From Pelomyxa schiedti (taxonomy: Eukaryota > Protista > Evosea), in assembly GCA_020536535.1 (NCBI GenBank), contig JAHLWZ010000810.1:63056-127055 (forward strand): a DNA stretch of 64,000 nt. The letters are read 5' to 3'. Each line of letters opens with the position of its first letter. Position 1 is the first letter of the stretch. The notes below the pieces were generated by a model. It worked only from the letters and a program-made list of their open reading frames with translations. It had not been told where the DNA came from and ran no database searches. Below are positions 51,510 through 64,000 of the stretch, one piece after another. A program made the position numbers and the translations under genes.

Positions 51510-54392
51510 TTATTCTTTGATCTTTCGGTAATCACCAGAGTTTGTCCGTTTGGACCACCCAAACGTGATTACATCAGCATATTCCTGCGGTATTGACTGT
51601 GCAATCTCAACACTGGTGATGGCACCTTTGGGATGGTAGGACTGGGAGGTTACTATATCTGCTATGGTGGATGTTACATCTGCTATAACTATGTTCCGGT
51701 TGATGACCGCAACAAGTCCAAATACACTCAGCTGTGTGTGTGTAGTTAGGCTGGTTTAAATTGCAAGGAACTGGTGGATGGAAAACACACATCGTCAACT
51801 ATTTCCCACAGAATGGGAGCCAAATGACGAGTCGAGGTATACTTGAGTCCACGTCGCAGGCGAATTTTAAGTGTGGTAAAGCCTGGTCTGGCATCAAGAA
51901 GCGAAAAGGATGCAGATAGACTGTGGGGTGTTGTGGTATTTGTGTTAATCCTTGTTGGAGTGTGAGGAGTGGCGCCAGAGAGAAGTGCTAAAACGCGAGA
52001 AAGGTATTCCGCTGGTTTGCCCTAAAACTGAAGTTGGAATATGCCCACAGGGGGACAATTTACCGTGTTGATAAGGAGAGATGCTTGGTCGAGAAATAGG
52101 GTGGACATATGGTCAGTGGGTGACACTAATTTTTTCATTGCACGCTCTGTCTGGAGGTCAATGAGACGTTCCTCATTTGGTACAGATATTCTCGTAAACT
52201 TGATTCCTAATGCCTTTTAGCTCCTAGCATCATTTTACAAGTTAAAAACCAGCTTCTTTTTCTATATTCCTCATAGATGGGATATCTTCGTGATAAAAAA
52301 GAACAATAGAAGTTCCTTAAGCGATTTTTAGAATAATGAAAAAACCATGATTTGGAACCTTCGGCACCAGCACGACCCGTTCTTCCTGCCCTATGAATAT
52401 ACTGAACTGTGGATCTGTAGATAAAAGACAAAGTTAATGCTCACACAAAAAGAAAGAAGCAAACAAAGGAGGGGCAGCCATTATAATGAGATCAACTGTG
52501 GGGATGTCGAGCCCCCTGCCAGCAAGCTCAGTTGCAACCAAAACAGAAAATTCGCCCTAGATTCAAGTTAAATTTTTACTTCACAAACACGGAAGGCTAC
52601 ATACTTTTCTAAATCCTTGCAGTCTCTCATCACGCTTTGTTTGACTCAATTCCGCGTGGAGTACCCGTGAAACTATTAGTATGAGTAATGAGTCGAAGTT
52701 AGAGGTATGTGTACTTTTGCCAAGAGCAGAAGCATAACTTTTCGCGGATTCAACCGAGTTACAAAACAAGAGAGTTTGTGATTTCCCATAGAACTATACA
52801 TATTTTAGCTTGACAAGGAGGAGGGAAAAGAGAAACCTTCAATAAGCGTTGAATAACTTGAACTCGAAACTGCTCTTCACAAAACAGGGAGAGGTGTGTT
52901 ACAGTAACAGGAAGTTTGACTTCTTGTGTTTCAACAAGGTTCACTGTTAGAAGGGCTAAGAACAAAGTGGGATATAGGGAAAAAAAGACCAACAACAAAA
53001 TCAGGTGAAAGGAACTGTTGGGCCACATTCTGTGCCCACTGCCCGAATGTGGCAGAGAACAAGAGAGTTTGATGGGGTATATCTCTGTGACAAAGTATAA
53101 GGCAAAACTAGAAAAAAGGGAGGGAGAAAACTTGAGCTGAGAAAGAAGTAGCTCTATTTCATATGCATGGATGGGTTCCAGGATTTTATCTGCTTCATCA
53201 AGTTGTCTAGTTAAGATACATTTCACCTTTAAAAAGGAGAACGAGGCAACTGAATGACCAAAAGGATATGAATAACGAATTTGACGCGATCATATCTGAG
53301 CACTTCCAACTCTGCCAGTTCAATGATACGTCCGGGTGTGCCAACCACGATGTCAACCCCAAGACAGAGGAATTTATCTGAATGGATTAAAAACAAGGAG
53401 AGGAAGTGTTGTCGCACATTGGAGGTCGCTTGGAACTCCTCCAAAAACAGGGCATGTCAAAAGCTTGCCAAGTGAGCACTTCTCGAATTCTTCCGTTGTT
53501 TGTTCAGCAAGCTCCCGTGTTGGTTCAAGACATATCACTAGAGGGGTGCTGGATTTTTTTCGTTGCCAACCAGCACCTCCAGCTTTGGCGCTACTACTTC
53601 CACTTCCGCCACTGAGACCAGTGGTAGTCGTACTAGGAGATTCAGTAGGAACCAGTTTAGAGAAATCGATGCCGGATGCACTAAAGTCCAGCTCTTCTCC
53701 AACAAAGTCCTCTGGTGGAAGAGAGTGATCTTCCTGTTCCACTTCGTTACTGTCTTCGTTACATGTCTCACTGCCTGGGAGGCTCTCTTCCAAAACCTCT
53801 GGGGGATTTTCGAATATAGTATGCAGTACAGGTAAAATAAAAGCAAGAGTCTTTCCACTTCCAGTTTTGGATTGGCCAACCACGTCTTTCCCAGCAAGCA
53901 CATAAGAGAACAATGCTTCCTTGTGCCCGTTAGAATAAAGTAACAAGAACCAACCCACCATCATACTTGTATAGGAAAAGGGTCGTTAATTCCCCTGGCA
54001 GCTAACATATTCACCAAGTCAGGCAGCAGGCCCAACTTGCTGAATCCGTTGTCCACACATTGCACCGCGGCGCCATTTGCGATTTTTCGACCGCGCTTTT
54101 GTTTCCGTCTTTCTGGCTTGGCACTCGGGCGTTCAGAACGTGGGGGGGGCCGCTCCGCGGCGGCGTCTCTTTGGCCCCTTCGACCACTGCTGGCGCTCTC
54201 GTCTGCGGTTGTGCCCTCGACGTACTCCTCTGGATCGGCAACGAAATCTTCGTGCTTCGCCACTGTTGCGAGGCCCTCGTCGTTAAAAACGATGTGTTTC
54301 GATCTGCCACTACTGGCAGTGCTGCTCGTCGTATTGGGCAATACAGAGGTCTCCCCCCTCGGTCTCTTTCTCACCGGTTCCAAGCCTTCCAT
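51510..54392 (-). CDS. DEAD-box RNA helicase, DDX21/DDX50-like, possible C-terminal GUCT domain
   Basis: Q motif GINDPFPIQ, motif I SKTGSGKT, Ia EPTRELA, Ib GTPGRI, II LDEAD and [12 protein letters not shown]. Confidence 0.88.
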
Positions 54393-54640
54393 GTGGTGCT
54401 ACTACGTGTACCTTTGTTGAATATTGTGCCCTCGTTTTTGATGACACTTCTCCAGCAGTTCGGAGCCCTTCCTCCATACTGGTCGGTCATGACACCGTAG
54501 TGCCCCAGCTGGCGGCATCAGGTTCCGAGACCAGCTGGGAGAAGAAAGACCTGACCCTGTCGATGCTTTTGATTTGTCTTGTTTGCCCGTTGGAATGGAA
54601 GAGACATCAAGAAGTTACGGAGAATAAGGCGTAAGAAAGG

Positions 54641-56413
54641 ATGTGTAGCACTTTACAGACGTGCGAACTGCGTAGGCTGTTCTGTTACACCTGCGGCTCC
54701 GCACATGATATTGCGGCTGTCAGTGTGTACTACAAGTGCGAGGGCCACGGTGCCTCCCACGCACCAGTCACGCCGCCCGTGCACGAGAACCCCCCGAGCC
54801 TGGTTTCATTGTGCGAGCCTCTTCACCGTCCGTGCACGTGCGGGTGCCCCAGTGCCTCGTTGTTCTTTCGATGCCCCACAGGCCACAACCAGCGGCTCTC
54901 CGCCGGCGCCATGCGGTTCCATGTGGTCCTTGCCCCAAGTTCCGCGGACAGTGCGAGCGGAGCGCATCATCCTTCGCCGCCCATGCCACACGCTCCCACA
55001 GCGCCCGCAACAGCACCCGCAACCGCGCCCCCCACTGAGCTGTCTCCTTCTTCAAGTTCTACACCAACCCCAACAAACTCTGCGGCGAACAAGGCAGCAC
55101 CGCCGGGCGTCGCAGAGCTGCTGTCACCGCTTTTCTGCCAGGACACAGAGTGCGAAGGAGGACTTCCCACGGGGGCGTCATACTGCCCGAGGTTCCCAAT
55201 GAGGCTCGAGGTCGTGCCGTTCGACCGCGTCCCGCCTTGTGTGCCCAGTATCAGACTGCTCAATGGGCAGGCAATTATTGGGCACCCTGATTTCAATGCG
55301 ATGAAGTTCAGGCTCGTGAACATAACAGAAGTGCAGGATGGGAACATAGAAAAATACGAAGGGAACCTGAACCTTGCATTATACAGGAAGTGTCGTGACT
55401 CTTTCGTGCAAACCAACATCAGCTATTGTGCGTTTTGTCCCCTCTCCCTGTTTTTTTTTTACAGTGCCGGGACTCACCATTCCGCAGTGACATCTACCGA
55501 ATTCAGAAGACAACCTCCGTCGAATTTGCACGTTGAAAACAGGGGGCACCAACTTCGTGCGTGTGAAATAGACACCGTGGAAGCACTTCCCTCAATGCTT
55601 CTTGCTGAACAGTTGTGGCAACGTCTGACCGGGGGTGATACCACTTCTATGGTTGCGACACTCGCAGTATTGTCTTCCTGTTTTCGACGTGCCCCAGTGC
55701 GAGAATGGCTTTCCATTGATGCATGCTCCAGTAAAGTTCCCTTTAAGTGCCTGGCCATCTCTTACAACAAACCCAGTTTTCCACAATGGCACCGTCACAA
55801 AACAGGAGTTCCTCCAGTTGTGTTCATTTTGGTTGTCAGAAGAAAGTCCCCCAGTTTTTTCCTTTGATCCGGTGAGTATCTCCACCCAGCAATCTTTCAA
55901 TGTTCTCACTCTGGACAGGCATTGGTTGGTTATTGGAAGTCGCACAGGTGTCTCCCTTTCGCACACCGTCTTTCTTTTTAACTTGCTTCCAGTTGGATAT
56001 GTGGATTCTTTGAGGAGAACAATTACGAGACACTCTTCTCGGCGTTTCCAAACTGCGCCATACTTCATTTCAGTGGCAGCTTTGCCGGGAGATATGTCCT
56101 TAAGTGCTCACCAACACAAGAAGGAGTCTCCATATTTCGCAAAGAACGTGACAGCCCGTTCATGGTGGCAGTGCACAAAGGAACACCCACACACGTCAAG
56201 CTGCACAGCACCCCAATCACAAGTGCATCATCAGCTGAACTGTCACCAGTGACGCTGTCGGGGTGGTACGTGCCTGTGCCAGTTGGAACTCTGCCCACGT
56301 TCTTCCCAACACTCCAAGCAGTGATTGAGAGCATCATCCCTTCGTGTTATGGCTGGATCACTCGTGAAATGCTCCAGGCTTATATGTGCAATAAGCAACA
56401 CCTGGGAGAATAA
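54641..56413 (+). CDS. Hypothetical protein with an N-terminal parkin RING0-like zinc finger
   Basis: FCYTC...YYKCEGH...RPCTCGCPSASLFFRCPTGH, then a Pro/Ala/Thr linker and an unassigned C-terminal region. Internal splicing is uncertain. Confidence 0.6.
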
Positions 56414-56507
56414 AAACCCCCAGACCTTCAGTCCCAACGATGAAGGAAAACGATAGGTTCTTATGATTCCTTTTTTCGGTCTTTGTTGAAATCGGCGCCG
56501 GGGAGTA

Positions 56508-59500
56508 ATGCCATCAGCAGCAAAGGGGCCTGTAATAGACGGCACCAAGTGGTGCTGGTGCCTGAGGGGCAGAGTTGTTTCGTTCTTGATCTTTTCCCTT
56601 GCGTTGCACTGTGCCGCCATCTACTACTTCACGTCGGGGTTTCTGCTGTCGCGGGTCCAATTGACCGAAACCAGCAATTGCTCCGATTGGCGGAGTGCCA
56701 TTGGCGGTCACTCAAGTTCAGGGAACTCTTTTCGCGCCGCCGGGAACGATGCTGTGTGTGGGCAACAGCCTGTTGTCGACAAAGTCGTAATCCTTTTGGT
56801 GGACGCACTTAGGTTAGATTTAACCGATTCTCATTCCCACCCTCATTCTCAATTTCGACTTTTTCTGAGCACCTTTTAAGATATGACTTTGTTGCCCCTT
56901 GGCCTTCTAAGTCCTCTGGTTCTTGCAACAATTTTTTTAAGTGAGGCATGAGAATTTGTACTTTGTAACTCACTGAGCTCTTTTGCAGTTGCTCTCCACT
57001 TGGAGATATTCCCTACTCCAAGAACTTTCACAACCAAATGATGAATATCCAGCAGATCCTGCTGCAAAAACACAATAGTTTCTTGTTTCCCTTCATTGCT
57101 GATCCTCCAACTTCCACAATGCAACGATTGAAAGCCCTAACGACAGGTAGGAGCAAGAAGCTATTTGTCATGTTAATTTACCGAAGGTGGAATTCCAACT
57201 TTTTTTGATGTAAGCAAAAATTTTATGTCATCTGAAATTTCTGAAGACAACGTTGTTCATCAGCTCACCAGGGTACCATTTTGACACTCTTGAGTTAGTT
57301 TGAAACTTAATTTTTCTTCCCCAGAATAAGAAAAGAATTACATTCACTGGGGATGACACATGGTTGGGATTGTATCCCAACAGCTTCAATGCCAGCTTTC
57401 CGTTCCCATCATTTGATGTCAAGGTAAAAAAGTTAGTGGCAGAGAATAAAAAAGCTAAGCTGCATTTAGGATTTACATACCGTAGACAATGGTGTCATGA
57501 AACACTTTTCTGCACAAATGAAGCAAACCGACTCCTGGGATGTATTGATCGGGCACATGCTTGGAGTTGACCACATTGGCCACAGATATGGCCCAAACCA
57601 TCCCGAGATGACGAAAAAACTCGCTTCCATTGATAATGTATGAGTATTTTTCTTGTTGCACGAAGTTGCTCTAAGATATCATTGAAGTTTATCCGGGAGA
57701 CAATTGATAACCTGCCTCCTAATTGTGCCTTCATCGCTTTTGGAGACCATGGTATGACTCAAGATGGCAATCATGGTGGCGGCAGTGAGGAAGAGGTACG
57801 ATTCTTCCTGAGAGGCCAATAAATTCTCTTCTTAGTGGGCTTTGTGCCATCTGGCAGGTCTCTTCAGCTCTGTTTGTAGTAATGCCACAAGGCTTGAGAT
57901 TACAGTCCAACACTGATATTTTGCCCAGCCAAAGATATATCAAGCAAGTGGATTTGGTTCCCACCCTATCATTTTTACTTGGAGTCCCCATTCCGTATGC
58001 CCCTTTCTGAACATTTTTACTACATCAACTCTGTTTAAGGTATGGAAACATTGGCTCAGTAATCCCTGAGCTATTTCCAAGTGAAATGTTACCCAAGATA
58101 CTTACAATGAACTCATGGCAAGTAAACAGATACATTCACCAATATGTCAAACACACAAATATTGGAGAGGTTGGCTCACTCTCTGAGAGAGAAAAAACCA
58201 AAGACCCTGCTGTTTGAATTTCATTGACACACACCACCAGGAATCTTTGACCAATGCCAACGAAAAGTACAGTGAGATTTCAGACAAGACACTGGTTTCG
58301 ATGCACTCTTTTTTCTTCCATTATAACACGGTTTATCTTTTGGGGTGTATACTTTTAGGAAGTACACCTGGACACACACCTACATTACATGAACCAAGTC
58401 TTTGAACTGTGTTCACAACTGTGGTCCACATTCAATTACTCACAAGTTGCTTGGGGAATTGCTATAAGTATACTAACCTCACTTTGTGCTGGTTTGTTCT
58501 TGTTGTTACCACCGTATGCTTGGTCCACACCTTTCCTTTTTTAAAATATCACTAAATCTAAATTTTACCCTTCCCTCACAAGAGCACCGTTCCCATACCT
58601 ACATACTGGTCTCGGACTGGTGTTCAGTTTTATCCTTCTATTACTTATCAAACTACAAGGGTCAACTATGCCATCCCCCATACAGCTTCCAATTTGTGCA
58701 ACTGGTTGCCCCTCTAATTATTTGACGTTAAGTAATAAGTACAAACGAACAGTTGCTGTCTCTGCCCAATTTGGATTTCTTTACTCTACCCTTTTCCGCC
58801 TCCACCCATCTGTTTTCAGGACTCTCAGTTACTCCTCCATTGCCTCTATTACTCTTGTAGTGTTGCAAGTTATCACTTCTTTCTCGAACAGTTACATTGA
58901 AGCTGAACCCCAAATAGTCCGTTTCCTTATTACAACGGGAGTGGTATGTGCACTTTATCACATAAACTAGGCACTGAACAAAAACGAAGGCAGGAGCTTT
59001 TGTGTATAGCTTCATCAGGCTTGTGGAGAAACATCAAGGAGTTTTGCTAGTTTGGCTGCTTATGATGGTTTTTACGCGAGCTGTACCATGTCTGGGTCAG
59101 TTTTCCCTTGAATCTCATCAAGAGAACATGGTGATTCCTGCATCCATGCTCACACTTTTATGTTTTGCACCGTTGTGCGCCCTCTATTTTCTGGCATACA
59201 AAGTATGTACTCTCATTGTTTCAACACAAATTTCATTTCAATTTAGGCATTGAAAGCAGCCCGTGGTGTTGAATGGGGATTTATGGCCCGTGTTGTCCTA
59301 TGCCTTATTTATTTCGCGGCACTTTCTCTGCTTCTATACTGGTGCACTGTTGTATTCAGCAACGTAATTCCTGCAGTTGCGCTTCCGGCTTTCATGGGTG
59401 GTTCTCTAAGTGTAGCCCTTGCACGATTTGCAATGATAGCTTGTTGCGTGTCTCTTCTCTGCGTCTTCATGTTCCCGCCGTTACCCATTTTTGTGGAAAT

Positions 59501-60342
59501 AATTTTCGAGCAAGGTGCTGTCTCAAACCTGCAATTTGGTGCTACCAAAGCTGGTTGCCTGCTATTCTGCACCCCAGTGTTTCTATGCTGTGCAACTGCA
59601 CTTGGACCTTCATCGCCACTGTGTATACTTGCCATGGTGCTGCAAATTTGTGCATTTGTCTGGTTGCTGGACAAGTCAAACAGCTTGAAACTGGGAGGAA
59701 AATCCATTTGTGCATCTGGATTTGGAGGAGTCATGTTTGCCCTGTTTGCCCTGCAGCATTATGCAGCCACAGGGCATGGGTATGAGTTGAGTTCAATTCA
59801 CTTTGATGCTGCATTTGTGTTGTTCAATGATGCCAATATAATAGTGGGAGGTGCGATTGTTGTACTGAACACATTTGCTGCCCCCATTCTAACTGCAATT
59901 GCTCTTCCTGTTGCAGTTGCTTTCATCAGTGACCAACCATTCAATCCCGTGAGTTATTTTTGTTTGCTCCCCCTTTCCCCCTCCACCCCGCACTCACCTC
60001 CCGTAATTTATAATCAACTGACACCACTCCCCAAAAAACAAAACGCAGTTCTCGTTCGAACACAAGCTCGCGCCGACGGTCACGGCCTTCAGTGCCTTTT
60101 TCAGCCTGTGGCTGAGCACATCGATGCTGGCGGCGTGGGTGTGCCGCAGACACTTGATGGTGTGGAGGCTGTTTTGCCCGCGCTACTTGTTTGTGGCCGT
60201 AATGGTGCTGGTTGTGGACGTTGCTCTGCTGGCGGCTGTCATGTTTGTTGTCAGAGTTACTGGCCGGTGTGCTGCCAGATACCATTATGGGCCAAAGACT
60301 ATTGCTAGGATCCAAGCTGGTGGCAACTATTCAACTGAATAG
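56508..60342 (+). CDS. PIGO: GPI ethanolamine phosphate transferase 3 (PIG-O/Gpi13)
   Basis: YFTSGFLLSR, VILLVDALRLD, DPPTSTMQRLKALTTG, GDDTW, HMLGVDHIGH, GDHGMTQDGNHGG, QVDLVPTLS, many TM helices and RRHLMVWRLFCPRYLF. Confidence 0.95.
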
Positions 60343-61150
60343 AGTAATCTGTTTTTACTCGATAAAGTCCAAGGTAGCAAAATACATTCTAAAGTGACAA
60401 ACAACAGTCACATTCACTTGTTGTTTAATTCATCTACAATACAATTGCCGCCATCAGAGAATCCACTGTTGGTGGTGCCAATGTGTCCCAATCCAACAAA
60501 AGATGAAAAGGCCACTCAACAGTACGCCAAAAGAATCTAGTAGTAGGACGATGAAGCCGCAGCACCAGCAGCTCCCCCCAGCGACGACGAGTACTGCGGC
60601 CCGGAGGCAGATGTATACACGCCGCCGGTCCCTGTGGACGTGGGGTACTTGGTGCCGCCTCTCCTCCTCATGCTCGGCGACATTCGCCCGGTCACTGTGT
60701 GCCACTTCCTCCTGACCACGGCCCACGCCTGGGCGGCCCGCACTCTAGCTGATGTGACTAGCGGCATTACCTGGTGGTTGCGATTATGGGATGTGCCGGT
60801 TCTCGGGGACTAGTGTGTCCACTGTAGACTGATGTGGTTTTTTGTCGTAATGGTGTTCTGTGGGGGCATTGTAAATGTATCACGACACAATTGTTGTGAG
60901 CGGGAAAGTACATGAGACTGTTTCTTTGTCGACGGTATCAACGAGCCACAAGGTTTGTTGTTGTGACTTGTGGGATTTCATGTGTAGGGACCATCGTACG
61001 CCTAAGCGTGACTATCGCTGTGACCAACTTGCGGCGATTAGAACGCTTTCAGATCAAAAACAATCTGAGAACGGAAATTCACCTGAATCTAAAAAATACC
61101 ATAATACCGAAAACCAAAGCAGAAAAAAAACAACAAAAATAATTCTAGAG

Positions 61151-63476
61151 ATGGCAGCCAACGTAATGGTTCGCTCGCCCTTTCTTACTTGGTCTTTTTT
61201 TCCCACAAGTCTCACGTTGTCTTTTTTTTGTGGTTTTTTTCCTTCCTTTTCTAGCCCATGCAACAATTGTTATCAGGGCCACCTGAAATCCCACGCGAGG
61301 ACATAATTTTCAACCTCGATAATGACAGAATTGGTGGAGGTGCCTACGGTGATGTGTATAGGGCAATTGTAAAAGGAATCAAAGTGGCCATCAAAGTGCC
61401 AAAAAAACAACAATGGGAAACTGAGGCAGAACTCCAGGCTTTTAAAGACGAAGTCGCCATTCTCAAGTACTTTTTCCATTACATGCAAATACCTCAGAAG
61501 AATAACGTACTTAGGGGAATATTCCACACCAATGTTGTACTTTTCTTAGGTGACTAACGCCCAATTCAATGTTGCCTTTGACACTTCACAGGAGCTTGCA
61601 CTGCTCCAGGAAACGTCATTATCGTTTTAGAGCGCATGATGTGTGATGTGGACAGGCTGATTCACAAGCCCTTGGACACTGTTCCTCCTGAACTGCAAAA
61701 CTTCCTTAAGGGTGGATTTAGTTTGTATAGAAAGCTTAAAATTGCTTATGAAACTGTACTTTTCTCCTTGCCTTTTATATCTTCCATAACTATATAAAAC
61801 AAGGTTTTGGGAGTAAGCTGGCTTCACGATATCTGCAACATTGTCCACCGAGACTTGAAGCCCGCCAATTTACTAGTAAGCGCAAAACAATGGGGTGGGC
61901 AAGTTAACATTCATCTCAGTTGGATGACAACTTTCACGTGAAAGTCACTGATTTTGGTTTTTCTGAAATATATAGGGCTGATAAACGACAATGCGAGATG
62001 AAAGGAACAGGTTTGCACACTCACCAAAAACCTTTTTGTTTTTTCACCTGTTGCGTAGCTTTGTACATTGCCCCTGAAATTTGGAAGCTTGAAGTCTGCT
62101 CGAAAGCTTCTGATGTGTATTTCCTCACAGCCTTTTTATTTTATTTTTTTTTAGAAAAAAAAAATATCTCCTTATCACTTATTTAGGTATTCTTTTGGTC
62201 TCATTCTTTGGGAGCTTCTCACTGAGGAAGATCCATTTGCTGCGTATAATGACATAGAACCGTTTTATCAAGTAAAGTTTGAACATTTAAATGTTTTTTT
62301 CCTAATATGAACAGGATGTCATTGTACGTGGGCTGAGGCCTATCATTCCTGCGCAAATTCCATTTAGAAGAAGAACACCAGAGTCTACCTCTGTCACAAC
62401 TAGGATACCACTTCCTACCTCACTTGTATGCTTGATATCATTTTTCTAAGTCTTGTTCAACACGTTGCAGGCACTTCTAATGCAAGAATGCTGGAATACT
62501 GACCCAAAAGCTCGTCCTACAATGCCACAGTTACAAGTGAAAATTGAGAATATTATTCTTGAAATTCTTGTAGAGTCACCAGCTGCCAGAACTTTCTGGT
62601 CAACCTATCTGCGAGGAGTGCGTGTTCACTTTTTGCCATGTTTTACTGTAACTCAATAGCCACAAGGAAGGTGGCAGTTTTAAGGAAGTTGTTACATGGG
62701 ATGAGTTTATGAATGCTCTTTCATATGCCTCTGCTATACCTGCAGAGAATTTGAAACCTTTGCAATCTCTCTTTTGCCGTATGTTCTGAATGCATCTCGA
62801 TGGCGACGTGTAACTGTTCACAGCTGGTGACCCGGCTGAAAATAATCCTGGAAGCTTGGTCAGTTTGTCGCGGTTTGATCTTATGGAAAAATGGTTTGGG
62901 GACTTCTTCCTTCCAGAAGGGAAGCCCATTCTGTTTGAGGTATCCTTGTTGATTAATCGATTTTGGCTCAAATTCTTTTCCCATGATCAACAAAGATGCT
63001 CGAGCTACAGCAACAACCGTAAGTTCATCACTTGAGCCAGTTCTACTAAACTTATTTCCAAATCTGTTCAGGTGGTTTATGCAAGATGTAAGCAAGGAAT
63101 ACGCTGACTTGTGGCTTGGTGGACGTGACGACGGGTATTTCCTTGTGCGGCTCAGCAACAGCAATCCCCAAACATCACCTTTCACGATCTCGAAACGAAA
63201 AAGTCACCAGAATGTACATCGCCGGTAAGAATTCATTCTGCCTTGGCATAGCCACTAACCGTACATCCCAGAATCCAACGATTAACCAGTGATACAACGA
63301 AAATAGCCCGATATTCCATAGAGACTGGTGCCGGGCCTGGATACCTCCAAGCCAACACTGTAAGTAACCTGGTGGAGAGGCTCCGTGAAATCCGAAGCCT
63401 TACAACACCCTGCCCTCGCGAGATATTTGCCAGTGCCTATGTTGGTGTCCGTGTCACTCCTGGGCAAAGCTGGTAA
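61151..63476 (+). CDS. TKL protein kinase with C-terminal SH2 domain (Dictyostelium SHK-like)
   Basis: IGGGAYGDVY, VAIK, HRDLKPANLL, DFG, YIAPE and CWNTDPKARP, then a helical linker and an SH2 domain (WF...GYFLVRLSNSNP...FTIS). Confidence 0.9.
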
Positions 63477-63648
63477 TCATCATGCCTGATACAAACCCCT
63501 TTTCAACCCAAACACTCTGTGGTGTAAATCACAAAGAGAATAATAAGAAAAGACAAATTTGTTTTCATGGTTTTTCTCCCCTTGTTTCTTTACGACGTTC
63601 AAACGGCGGAGCACACGTTTGGAGATAAACAGCGTCTTGAGTGGCAAG

Positions 63649-64000
63649 ATGATTTCGGGAGACTGGTGAACATTTTTTTTGACATCTTTGAAACATTGGT
63701 CAAGTCACCAAGAAAACTTTGAGAAGTGTGACGCACTGCCAGTCCTGAAAGTTCTTTGTATGTAGCTTTTCTGTTGAGTGGTAGTTTCCAGTTTCATTCG
63801 TGCTATCCGTTCAGACACAGTGAATGGGAAGAACTCTATTATTTCTTTTCAAAGATTCTATTGTAAAAAAGTATGCAATGTCACCCCTCGTAACTACCGC
63901 ACACATTTAGCCTGGTATTTATGTCCCGATTCTTTTTCCATATTTAACACTTTAAGCTTTTCTCAGTATCCATTTGTTTTAGAACCTGTTCTGAAAAGCG
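63649..64000 (+). CDS. Possible 5' part of another intron-containing gene (hypothetical); runs off the window end
   Basis: Putative exons MISGDC/HQENFEKCDALPVLKVL/YTVNGKNSIISFQRFYCKKVCNVTPRNYRTHLAW bounded by GT...AG. No recognisable motif. Confidence 0.3.

Noticed and set aside
53374-53964. DDX1 assignment from the [10 protein letters not shown] motif
   Set aside because: No SPRY insertion is seen. The Q-motif (FPIQ) and the C-terminal extension fit the DDX21/DDX50 group better, so no symbol is given.

Overview
Gene-dense eukaryotic nuclear DNA, not prokaryotic. It uses the standard code, has many short GT-AG introns (mostly about 40-60 nt), GC-rich first exons and intergenic spacers often under 300 bp. 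The style and gene content (SHK kinase, serine acetyltransferase, an intronless ARDQF...HPRCG ORF) point to an amoebozoan, probably an anaerobic archamoeba such as Pelomyxa; this is inference. About 22 genes can be built by hand-splicing: a partial neurobeachin-like gene, Rab1, a DENN-WD40 protein, a Rho-like GTPase-F-box-Hint fusion, serine acetyltransferase, a rhodanese-DsrE fusion, an uncharacterised membrane protein, NOP14, an intronless orphan ORF, BUB2/Cdc16, a ULP1/SENP protease, an NCS/calcineurin-B-like EF-hand protein, THOC5, an aspartic protease with a saposin-like insert, SURF6/RRP14, a beta-helix protein, USP7, proteasome alpha7, a coiled-coil protein, a DDX21-like helicase, a protein with a parkin RING0-like finger, PIG-O and an SH2-TKL kinase. 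The best candidate for an undescribed system is 12316-14594. The ORF track shows only disconnected fragments there, but canonical 40-91 nt introns join them into one frame. That frame encodes an atypical Rho-like GTPase with no CAAX box, then an F-box, then a Vint-type Hint self-cleaving domain with Cys1 and TxxH intact. Other leads are a rhodanese-DsrE gene in tandem with serine acetyltransferase, a roughly 100-nt hairpin upstream of NOP14, and a duplicated 59-nt structured element in an intergenic region. All exon structures are manual predictions without RNA evidence, and domain calls rest on remembered motifs rather than database searches.
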